Shown here: piece by piece, positions 36,079 through 48,200 of the stretch
How positions within the stretch are numbered: position 1 is the first letter of the stretch
Layout: each line of letters opens with the position of its first letter
DNA from: Convolutriloba macropyga
Taxonomy: Eukaryota
DNA length: 64,000 bases
Assembly: GCF_964194025.1 (NCBI RefSeq)
Contig: NC_134469.1
Coordinates: 42,532,001-42,596,000, forward strand
Reading direction: 5' to 3'
The notes under the pieces: model-generated
Told to the model about the DNA's origin: nothing
Seen by the model: the letters and a program-made list of their open reading frames with translations, nothing else
Databases searched by the model: none
Program-made: the position numbers and the translations under genes

Positions 36079-38913
36079 CTCTCAAAACATTTGAGTATAT
36101 TAACAGTAAAAATGGTTTTTGAGGATTGTACAGGAGTTTCATACTTAATCATAATCTAGGCTTATTTACTTGTCTTTAAAATTTACCGCAGATGCGATCA
36201 TTTATCAGTCCAAAATAAGAGCCGCAGGTTTTCAAAAAGAAGCAATAAAACGTTGTTTAGTCCCAAATGACTAATTCATGAATATTATCTAACATGAAGT
36301 GTACGTAAAAAAAATCAAGCAATTACATTTCTTAATAATGCCATCGAGTTTTCTGTAAAGATGAAACTTTTTTGCCTGCTTGCCATTATTATCTTTGGAA
36401 AATTGATACAATTTTCAGGGGATATTTTGCGGTTTTGTTCTAGCAGCTTTAATTAAAAAAAAGTGTTCCGTTTTCTATGTTTCGCCAAAATAAAAGGTTA
36501 TATTTGAGCGCAAACTAAAAAAACACCGTTGAAGCAGCAAAAACCAGACCTCTCTTTTCAAAAGTGATCTATGCCAATTTCACCTTATTATTACCATCTT
36601 GAAAACATATAATTGCAATTTTAAACTTTGTAGATCCGCAGAAAAATGTTATGGAAAATTTTTTTTTATTATTGCGGTGATTTGCGGTCAATTTGAATTT
36701 GCACAAGACATCCCTTCTTGATTATTTTTTTCACTACCAAGTGAATCGAAACATGATACACCTTGATAAGACATACATGATATTGACATCTCCCGTAAAA
36801 CTTGAAAAATGTTGCCGAGAACTTGATATACCGAAAATTCATGGTAAATCTTGATGAGGTGTGATCTTATCAAGATAAACCAAGACATTTCCTTGACAGT
36901 TCTTGACGAAATTTTGACAAAAACAGTTTTGATCATTTCTGATCACTGTTTGACGTATATCGTCCATAAAAAAAAAACAAAAATCTCTTGTGAACTCAAA
37001 AAACAAGTGATGGCGATGCGGATCAGCCGCAGTTTTCAGGCTTTAGAAACCTTAAAAATAAAAATACTAGAGATCTCTCAGAAAGATACGCCAAGATACT
37101 GCTTGGCTTAATATTTTGTTTCAAGTCAGCTTTATACTCAATTTCCTTCTAGCAGAAAGAAAAGGAGAAAATATCTGAATATCCGACTGCTGTAATCTTC
37201 AATAAGAGGTCTCCACTTGAACCCTGACCTGTTTGTGGACACAATTCATTAGCACAAGGAAACATAAAAGTGTTAGGACGCTTCGAGTCAAAAGCTTTGT
37301 AAATCACATCTGCATTCTATTTATATTATTCATAATATACTTACCTGACAAGATCAAAAGAATCGATTAAAATTTTTTTATCAGGAGCTGAATAGATACT
37401 TACCGAAACTTAAACATTTTCTACGTCATAATCATTAGGTCCTCTCTGCCGATGCAAAAACAATAATTAACAGCACTAATTAAAAAAATATTTCACCGTG
37501 CAGCTTTATCATTGAACTAGAGTTTTCAAAAGTGAGGTGATATTGATTTTGTTTGCAGCAATAAAGACAAAATTGATATTGGCTTGACTGCAAAATAAAT
37601 ATCAAAAACTTTGGGCAAAACCAGATCTCATCAATAAGAAGGAGCGTGATAGTCAGTTATAATTTTTTTAAAAAAAAATGACTACATTTTTTAGTCGTTT
37701 TTTCAGTTAAGAATGTTTCAGGCATCTGTAAATACTGCAAAAATTTAATGGTAATACAAACTAGCAAGGTATTCCAGAGCAGCTGTTTGCTGTCAAAAGA
37801 TTAATCCGTATTCTTAGACGGTTGAGAGGTAAACAATTTTTAAGAAAGTATTTTTTTTATTCAGTTAGGTTTTATGTTGAAAACTTTGCCTCAAAAGTCA
37901 TTACTGTTTTATTTTGCTGCATAGTAACCTATTTTATCAAAGCAAAATATCATTGGCGTTTTATATAAGTTCAAATGAACGTATGAAATGCTTACTTTGA
38001 GTTTTTTTTCCGTTTCTGATTATTCTTCGAAAAACTCTAACGACTTTTGAAATTTGCTTCTGTTATATATTATTCCTTTTCAATTTTTATAGTAGTTTCC
38101 TTAAGGAATGTTTGAAACAGTTCTCTGTAAAATGAGATGAGTTTATTTAGTTGACTGAGACATCATCATTAACATCCGATTCTGATTAAATCTTTTAAAA
38201 AAATAATGAGCAAAATTTTTTTTTCTTTATTAGTTTTTTGTTGTCTTGTATATTGTTTTCAATAAAAACAAGTCTGATTAGGTTTCCATTGAATTGTTTT
38301 AGTGGTTTAATGGTTTATTTTTTAGGTTAGTCACCTGACTATGACAGCGTGAAAGTCTCCATTTTGTGCTGAATTTCTGAATCTTGCCTTCATTTGATGT
38401 CATTTGGGAGCCTTGGTATTACTTTTGTCGCTTTGTCGCTATTTGCAATTATGAAACGTTGTTTGCAGTTTTCACCTGTTAAAACAGAGAAGTGATTTTT
38501 TTTTTCATTTTAAGTTTCGGTTACTTGTGTCAATATGATGTTACGTGTTTGTTGACTTTGCCTCCAATATTTTTTGAAAGGTTTTGAGCTGCGCAAAGTT
38601 TATGTTGTCTTTTTGGTTAAGTTTTTCCGCTAATTTGAGGGAAATTTGTTGTTTTAATTAATAAATAAAGTATATTTGTGCAAAGCATTTTGATTTGTTT
38701 TGATGAATTTAAGGCCATTATAGTTCGAAGAAAATGGAGTTTTCAGAATTATATGCAAGTTAAATTCAGAACCTTTTTTGTCTGACAAAAATTTGTTGAT
38801 TACTTGACCAAAGTGTCGTTTTTTCTTCTTGGGAACATTTTTATGCTATTTTTTCAACTAAAAGTGAATTGTGATACTAATACAACTCTGATATTAATTT
38901 CGGAGTGGCTTCA

Positions 38914-38967
38914 GATGAGCGGGGTCGGAACATAATGTGCGAGCGCATTTAACCGAGTTTCCTTGTT
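38914..38967 (+). mobile_element. HINE-like 3' terminus
   Basis: GATGAGCGGGGTCGGAACATAATGTGCGAGCGCATTTAACCGAGTTTCCTTGTT. The T-rich body probably extends leftwards. Confidence 0.6.
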
Positions 38968-39551
38968 TTCCTCTAAAGCGAACGTACTTTAGCTTAAGAC
39001 TTGCTTCCTCCATTTTGTTAGAAGTTATTATTTCTCTGAGATGGCAATTTCCTCAATAGTCGAGTTATGAGCAGGTGCTAATGATCAATTAGTTTCCACA
39101 ACCAATTAGAAGCAGGAGGAACTTTGTACCAATTGCTTGCAATTTTTGTTTCTTTTCTCCCTAATTAACATATTGTTGACATTGATTGCAGAAAATAGAG
39201 TCAAGCCCGCGTACTTTATACATGCCTAAAGAACCTTTGAGCTGGGGGGGGGGGGGTGTCAATGTTTCTGATTAACATAATGTCCGAAACTCACTGTGCA
39301 CATCACCAACAAGTTGTTTTGATAGTATTAAGATATAGTATTAGATAGTATTAAGGGGCACATAATGCTGAGTTCTTGAAACACTGAGCTCAAATTTTGT
39401 ATCGAACAGTCTTTGAAAGAAGCAAAAATTTATGAACACTGATTCTGTCTTTGTATTTGATTTGCTTTCTCAATTTTTGTGCAGCCAAGTTTCCTGTGCG
39501 TTACATCTATCTTTTAATCATTATCTGAAACTCCATGAATTAATTCTTTTC

Positions 39552-39714
39552 GGATCTTTTCCGTTTGTGCCCCCCCCAGCTTAGTGGGCGCATATTATTT
39601 GCACCCCCCAGACGCACGTGCCATATTTTTACATAATGATTTACTATGTAATGGCACGTGCTCTGTAACTGGGGGGCGCATAACGTACTGGGGGGGCACA
39701 AACGGAAAAGATCC
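39552..39714. mobile_element. Merlin-like MITE, young copy
   Basis: Near-perfect ~27-bp TIRs GGATCTTTTCCGTTTGTGCCCCCCC..AG and perfect 8-bp TSD TTCTTTTC (39544-39551, 39715-39722). Confidence 0.9.
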
Positions 39715-40107
39715 TTCTTTTCAAAGGAGTAAATGATATCCTTAAGTTAGACCTAATATTTACAAAAAGCTTAATAGTTTTTAATAAAGCTATTTTTAAA
39801 GCTAACTATTTCACGCATAGAAATAGAGGAGCTCTTAATCAGTGCTTGCAAACCATGAGTTAATTAATTTTACACCTTTGGTCTTTGGGTTAAAAAGACT
39901 TTGCTACCCTTCAATCATATTTACTCCTTTCTTGTTCTTGATAGTATAGAATTTCAGGTTTTCGTGTAGCCTCACTTATAACTATAGTAAATTGAAAAGA
40001 CTGGCTTCGAATTGTCATAATCAATCTTAAAACAAAATCTTACTAATAACGATGTAATTCTGACAACTGCGTGAAATTTTTGGATGAATACACGAACTGT
40101 GTGAAAT

Positions 40108-40110
<3 letters not shown>

Positions 40111-40144
<34 letters not shown>
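40111..40144. repeat. (CA)n microsatellite
   Basis: Perfect CA run. Confidence 0.98.
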
Positions 40145-40147
<3 letters not shown>

Positions 40148-41154
40148 TCAAAGCCGTTGTTGGACTCTAATTTATTAACTCTACCTCAACTACATTTTGA
40201 GTCTTTCTTCCTCCTTTTGCTGACAAGGAAAAGTGGGATGAGGAGAGGTCTGATAAAGGCTGATTGATATACATATGCTATCTGTCACATTTTACCCGTT
40301 TCAATTCATTCTCTGTCTCTCAAGACAGAGTGTTCTTATTATACCTCCCACCCTGCTCCCCCCACCACGCATCTCTCGTGTTTGCCTGCAAGGAATTATG
40401 CCTTCATATTTTCATCCTGTAAATTGCCAGTCTACTTTCGACACGAATGCGCAATTTGTTGTGTTTTAATCTTTCCTTGTAGTAGACGAGTCTCCAAAAA
40501 TAACTCATGATACTACTACATTAAGTGCCAATGATAAACGCAATGGCAATCTATTTAAACGCTTTTAAGGAATCCTGCTTAACTCTGGGTTATTTTGAAG
40601 CTTTTGAATGATCACGTGACGTTAAGTGGTGATAAGAAAGAAAAACTATCAAAGGGAAAATTGACCTATATTATGTGAAATCAGATTCAAACGGTGTGCC
40701 TACAAAGGCAGAGAAATGTAGAAAATTTGGTTTAACATGAGTCAGTTTCAAAAAAAAATGCAACTGTTTGATTTCCCTAGGTAGACAATGCCAAACCAGT
40801 ATTTTTAACGCAACATATCCTTATAAGTGAACATGTTAAATGTAATGACTAGATCCACCTCTTGTTATGCTATGCAAAAATACGCTCTGCTGTTTAAACA
40901 GGCTAATCCTTACCAAAATTTTGTTCATGGTCAACGGGAACATTTCCGAAAATCGGCTGAATGTACTGTTAACGAATTCACATGACGTCAATTAAAAAAA
41001 TTTATGAACTTGCAATTAAAAAACGTTTGATATAATGGTTCCCTTGATATCCAAGATTCAATTATCATTGCTATCGTAATGAAGATATATTAAACCTGAA
41101 TGGATAAAATGAAAATGAAAAGAATGCACCAATCGGTTCAGCTTCTGTTCGAGG

Positions 41155-41164
41155 GTGTGTGTGT

Positions 41165-41225
<61 letters not shown>

Positions 41226-41230
41226 GTGGG
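41155..41230. repeat. (GT)n microsatellite followed by poly-G
   Basis: Seen directly in the sequence. Confidence 0.98.
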
Positions 41231-42409
41231 GACAGACGCAACTATTGCGAGTAACAGGGGATCAGTACTGCATTCGAACTAGCATTTCTTAACAGCAATC
41301 CTAATTCGTCATATTTTTCAAACCGGTCATCCCTTTTGACCAGTTCGCTTGTTCTTTTGTATTCACCAGCCAAATATTCAGCGAATTCTTGACAGCAATT
41401 TTAAGTTTATCTATAAACAATATACAATTGGTTTCGGTTGTTCTCCCTCAGCTTTCTAACTGGCTCTTTCATAATTTATATTTCAAACAATCTCTGCATA
41501 AATTTATTGTGTTCTGGATTTTTTTTCAATTTTTCTCATTATCAAAAAGGGAGAGATGATCAAATTTTCTTAGACAAGAAAAAATTTGAGTATGATTTGA
41601 TCATTCTAATTTACGTTCGAAAATGTCAACTTAAATAGACATTTTTCCATGTAACTGGTTATTCAAGAAATTCAATAATTTTTTTTGCAAATTTAATTGT
41701 GTCTTTTCTGGACTTCTGACATTCCATTGAGCAATAATGTTAGGAGAGGTATTATTTGGAACTGGTATTCTAACAAAGTTAAAATCCTTGAGAATCATTT
41801 TTGATATACCAGTTTGCTAAAAAACATTCATTTTGAGCTTTCTTAACATCTTGATCGATGTGCAGAACGAGATGTGGGAAATCAATTTAACAAAAACCTT
41901 TTCTTTTTGAATGTTAATGCAAGGACAGTTTCAAAGAGGTGGTTGCTAATGGCGGTGGACATTTCTGAAACTTTCTTAAATTTTAGATTCCAAAGTCAAA
42001 AGAAGAAATTGAAATTTGTATCTAATTCTAATTTGACGTCAATTAACGTTAATTACAATGTTTTATCAACAAATATAGTTGGCGTACAAAAAGTCAGCAC
42101 CGATCTGTTTTTCCAACAAAATTTTTACATATTCATTCCAAGTTTTTCAATTAATGGCAATTTTGTTCCTGCTGGAGCGCTGGTCCTCCCTTTTTCGCAA
42201 AAGTAAAATAAAAGTACCCAACTTTCTAGAAAAACATAAAAATTACAGTCTTAGGAGTTTTTTTAGTATATTTAGGAATCACTCGTTCTTTGAAAACAGG
42301 AAACAACGGCGTACAACCCAAGCTATGATGAAAACCATTAAGTTGCTGAACCTAACTTTTGAAACAGGCAAATTAGCCCCCCACGTTTTAAAATTAAGTT
42401 TTTTTTGCT

Positions 42410-45290
42410 TTTATGAGGGAAATCAGTTCAAATTTGCTCAAAGTTCAGAAAATCTGTTACTGATATCCGCGACTGCGGAATTTGATGACAATCCAGAAAC
42501 ACCGTCAGATCTGTGTCACTTTTATCCAGAAATTTTTGTTAACATCCGCTCTAAGTTCACTAATATTTGCTGTTATTGGCGTTATTGTAACAATTATCCG
42601 CAAGTTTAATGTCACTATTATCCGCGTCATTAAAATCCGCAAAATTAATGTCTTTATTATAACCGGCTAATTGCTAAATTTTAGCTTAATGGTTTCAATT
42701 GTCTCAATTCTGACTTCAGACAAAAAGAAGGAAAACTATCGTCCCTAAAGATTACGGATAGATTCTATATTCAAAAACCAATAAAAGAACATCAACGAAG
42801 AAATAACTATTAGAAATGACTGATGAACAATGAATAATGAATTATAACAGATTTATTGTCAAGAAAACCCTCATTATCTAATTTCTTTTAAATCAATAAC
42901 GAATAAAATTTATTGCATCCAATTGTTATAATTTTTGTCATATCCTCATGTTGGATTTCATGATATCTACAATCGAGGAACTGTTATCAATCTAATCTAT
43001 GATAAATTAAAATTGATGAGANNNNNNNNNNNNNNNNNNNNNNNNNNNNNNNNNNNNNNNNNNNNNNNNNNNNNNNNNNNNNNNNNNNNNNNNNNNNNNN
43101 NNNNNNNNNNNNNNNNNNNNNNNNNNNNNNNNNNNNNNNNNNNNNNNNNNNNNNNNNNNNNNNNNNNNNNNNNNNNNNNNNNNNNNNNNNNNNNNNNNNN
43201 NNNNNNNNNNNNNNNNNNNNNNNNNNNNNNNNNNNNNNNNNNNNNTTATTCAGCAACATAAACAGTGAAGTGATGACATATTTATTGTGATGATCTGCTT
43301 CTCTATTGTATCGAAGTGCGTTATTTTAGAAATAAAAGTCGCATTCATAACGTAATCACTAAAATGTTGTGTTTCTGTTATGAACCCGTGTTGAGCAAAC
43401 CCTTCTGCTGGTCATTAACAAACAGGCGATGTCGATGTTGTACACTGATTGATGCTACTCCTGCATAATTCATGTGCCTCTTGGTGTTTTTTGGTCGAAA
43501 CTTCCCCCATTAGCAAATTTCAATCTTTTCACTATCTTTGATCAAGAACCCAAATATCAGCTGGTGTTAAAAATAGCAATGAGAGATTTTTATTAGAATA
43601 ATCAAAAGATTTTTTGATCTATGAAGTGAAACAACATCGAGGTATTTTATTTCAAATATCAAAAGGCTTCATAAAAAGCACGATATAATAATTTCAAATA
43701 AAGTAAAGAAAAAACTAGTTTTATCTGTAAAGATGAATTGCACTGACTGATTTGTTTTTAGAAGAATCTTCGTTTGTTATGAATAGAAGGTATATATAGG
43801 TAGAAGTCTAATTTTTGATGCTTCAATTAGTGTTTGACGCAACTGAGTCCAAATTTATTGTCAACTGGGCTAAAATAACATAGATATAGATCTGTGTAAA
43901 ATGCAGCTCATTTCTTGTTCAATTTCACTTTATTTTGAAAATTGTGGAAAGGGCTTACAACTTTGTCTCCTTGATTTCGTAATTTATAATGTCATCATTG
44001 GCCGCAAACTTGATTTATAACTCAATTCAGAGCGATGAAAAAAATGGAAAGGGAATACACAAGCTAAGTTTGGATTTTGATGACGAATTGCGGACATCAA
44101 TGGCATAAAAAAGTAAAATTTCGAGAATCGTGACGGAATTTGGTAAGTGTTGTCAACCATTTTTCTTCCCTGTTGTTAGTGGTAATTAACTCTTTCAAAC
44201 GTCGGCATGTCCGGCTCACAGTTTTTTTTAAGATTCGTTTTAATATGTCTTTTTGAACAGCATTCAGAGTAAGGGAAACTAGTTTAATTTTGTTCCAAAA
44301 CGGGAATAATGTTCACTGATTTCACGAATTGCGGATTTTGATGAAATACAAGAAACACTGAGGGATCTGTGTCACTATTTTCTTTTAATTTAGATCACCA
44401 AAGTACGGGCTAAAATCACTAATTTCCGCTGTCTATCCATCAATGTAACTATTTTCCGAGTCGCTATTATCCGAAACATTACTGTCACTATTATTCGCGG
44501 CTTTTAGATCTTTTAATTTTTGTATTCGCCTTTAAATTTATTTAAGACAATAAGAAGAGTTACTATAATCTCTATAGAGTAGAGATAAATTCTATATTCA
44601 AAAGCTGATTAGACAACACTAACAGAGAAACAACTATTGCAAATGACAGTGGAAAGATGAGTGATAAACAATGACTGATGAACAATGACAGATTTTTTAA
44701 ATGTGTTTACAATCTGTTTTCTAGGAATCATTCATAAGTTTTGAAAAGAATATAGCACATAGGGTAATTTTATTAAAACAATCAATGAAATTAACTTCAT
44801 CTATGAATTTACACATCACCGAGGCATTTTTTAAAATATTTGGAAGGCCAATTTTATCTAAAAAAACAGCCTTAAGTGATTTGTTTTGAAACAATCTGAA
44901 GCTAATTATAATATACTATAGTTTTCGTTGCTTCAATTAGCGTTTGACGCTCTTGAAATCAACACCACTGAGTCCAAATTCTTTCTAAGATGAGCTAAAA
45001 TGAAGGAATCACAGCGGTGTGTTAATTGCTGCTCATTCCTGGAAGCTTTCATCTAAATGTGAAAATTGTGGACAATGCTTACAAGTTTCCGTAGTTGATG
45101 TCATTATTTATATGTAATCAATGACTGCAAACCAAATTCGCAATTCAAATTAGAACGCAGCTTGATATTGAACTTTAATAAAAATATCCACAATTTGCGG
45201 ATATTGTTGAAAAAAAACTTGAAATTTCCAGATCAGTGACGGAGTTTTCTAAAGGTTAACCAAAATTTTTATTATCGCAGCTGTTCACAA
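42410..45290. repeat. Old, diverged tandem array (~1.1-kb period)
   Basis: 42420-42850 aligns with 44275-44700 (GATCTGTGTCACT, ATTCTATATTCAAAA, ATGACTGATGAACAATGA). 43820-44150 aligns with 44930-45250 (GCTTCAATTAG-GTTTGACGC, GAAAATTGTGGA). Confidence 0.7.
43022..43245. other. Assembly gap (N run)
   Basis: 224 N. Confidence 1.
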
Positions 45291-45299
45291 TTAAAACAT

Positions 45300-48200
45300 T
45301 TTTCTTCCACGCGATAAGTGTTCACAAAATGGCCTCATTCATGTTTGTAAACGCGGACAAGGCTGATATATAAGATTGGTGACGTAGTGATAGTGAGACA
45401 AAAGCTGAATTTTTTGAAAAGTTGAAAAAAAGTTATATGCTTTTCTTTCTTCAAATTTGTTTAAAAAAATTTGATTGAATCCTCTTTGTAAACTTTCTTT
45501 AAAATCTTACTTTTTTGTCGTTTGTAAATTTAATTTGAACAAAATGTCTGATTTTCCTTGATAAAACGGCCAAAATTTTTAATCTCTAAAATTCTATTGT
45601 ATTAAATAGCTCAAAAAAGCATTGATGGCACGGAGAATTGATTTTTTGAGTTTTTCTAGGATACGCAGGCATGGCAACTCACTATTTATGATACATATAG
45701 TAATTCCTTTTGACTTTATGAAACAAATTTGTATCCCCTGTCTAAGCTAGAATTCATAGCGTCTAAGAATCTTGCAAGAATTTATATTCACTTTGAAGAA
45801 TGACTTCTTTTTTCTTCAAAAATAGTATTTGAGTTTCAAAAGTTATATGAATTTGAGCAAATTGACCCAATAAAACTTCCTGTGCCAATCCAACTACCGA
45901 GCAGAACTACTACTGCTTAACAAAAACATTGTCTTCCAGTTGAATTCAAAATCCTGCAGGACTCTTGCAAATTTTCATTTCCTGCTCTAAGGACCATTAA
46001 GAAAGAAAGCAATGATTAGAAAAACTTTTTTGAAAACCATTTTCTCATTTTGAAATTCAGTTTTTTTCTGGGAACTTTTTGTTTATTTTCTATTGAGTCA
46101 GTTCCATTGAGTACCTCAAACTGAACCCTGTACCCTAAAGCGATTGCGAAATAGGCCAACAGAATAGTTTGTTGAACTGTTTATTATCAACCAACTTTGA
46201 TTCTGTGGTTTTCAAAATAAGATAAAGACGTGAAGTAATTAAAAGCAAAACTGCGTCAAAACTGCTAAAAAAATTTTCTTGTTAACTAGCGTCAGATTTC
46301 ATGTCCTATCTAAAATCAATTACCAAGGAAATTTATTCAAGTGTCCTGCTGAAAACAGGCTGTTAATAATCCACGAAGTAAGTGCTCTTCCACGCGATAA
46401 GTGTTGACAAAACTTTTTCACTCATATTCGCAAACGCGTACAAGGCTAATGTGTAAGATTTGTGAAGTTATGATGGTTAGGCAATTGTTGAATTTTAAAA
46501 ACTTGGAAAAACTTATATGCATTTTGTTCATCGAATTTGATAAAAATGTTGACTGAATCCTCATTTGTTGAAAAATATTTACATTTTTTTGTCGTTTGTA
46601 AGTTTGGTTGCAACTGTTAAGTTTAACAAATTTCTAATTTTCCTTGAAAAAATGGCAGAAAAATTATATTTCTAAAACTCTTCCGAATTAAGTAATTCAA
46701 ACAATCAATGATATCCTTAAGCATTGATTTTTTTTGAGTTTTTCCTGGATAGGCGGGCACGACAACTCCTTATTTATGACCCATAAAGTAATTCTTTTGA
46801 CATTCTGAAACAGAGTTTGTATCCCTTGATTATGCTAAAACTCATAGCGTCTAAGAACATTGCTAGATTGTGTTTTCAATTGGAAGATTGACTTATTTTT
46901 TCGGCAAAAATAGCATTTGAGTTTTGAAAATTACACGGAATTGAGCGAATTGACCCAAAAAATCTCCAGTGCCAAACCCACTAGCGAGCAAAAAATATTT
47001 TGAAACTGCCAATGTGAATTTTATATCAAAAACTTCATTTTGAATTTATTTCCCTACTAAAAGTTGGTTGTTGAGATTTCTCAAACTGAAGTTAATTTGT
47101 TTTCCAAATTGAGTTTATAAAAAACATTGTCTTCCAGTTATATTCAAAATCTTCCACGACTCTCGCAACTTTTCAGTTCCTGCTTTACTAGGGTCAGCAA
47201 GAATCAAAGCAATGCTTAGAAAAACTTTTACAAAAACCATTTTCTCAATTTAAAATTAAGGATTTTTTTGAACTTTATGTTTATTTCCTATTGAGTCAGT
47301 TCATTTGAGTTATTCATATTGAATTATGTATCCTAGAGCGATTGCGAAATAGTCCAACAGAATAATTTGTTGAACTAGTTGTTATCAACCAACTCTTATT
47401 CTGGGGTTTTCAAAATCCGATAAAGACGTGAAGTAATTACAAACAAAACTGCGCCAAAACTGCTAAAAACAATTTCTTGTTAATCAGCTTCAGATTTCAT
47501 TTTCTATCTAACATCAATTATCAAGGAAGTATTTTCAAGTGTCCTGCTGAAAAGAGGCTGTTAATAATCCACGCGGTAAGTTTTCTTTCACGCGATAAGT
47601 GTTGACAAAACGTTCTCACTCATATTCACAAACGCGGGCAAGGCTGATATGTAAGATATGTGACCTGAAGATAGTTAGGCAAATGTTGAATTTTAAAAAC
47701 TTGGAAAAACTCATATGCCTTTTGTTTTTCGAATTTGATAAAAAATTTGATTAAATCCTCATTTCTCAAAAATGTTTACACTTTTTTGTCGTTTGTTAGT
47801 TTGGTTGCAACTGTTAAGTTGAACAAATTTCTGATTTTCCTTGAAAAAATGGCAAAATAATTATTTTTCTAAAATTCTTTCGTATTAAATAGTTCAAAGC
47901 AGCAATGATGACCATAAGCAATAACTTTTCGAGTTTTTCACGATACGCAGGCAAAACAACTCCATATTTATGATCCATAAAATAATTCCTTTGACATTCT
48001 GAAACAAAGTTTGTACCCCCTGGTTACGCTAGAATTCATAACATCTAAGAATCTTGCAACATTTTGCATTCAATTGGAAGAGTGATTTATTTTCTCCGCG
48101 AAAATAGCATTTGAGTTTTGAAAATTACACGGATTTAAGCAAATTGACCCAAAAAGACTTCCAGTGCAAACCCAACTAGCGAGCAAAAGATATTTTAAAA

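Noticed and set aside
37337-37347. ATACTTACCTG, identical to the U1 snRNA 5' end
   Set aside because: No downstream U1 similarity. Better explained as a minus-strand splice donor or chance.
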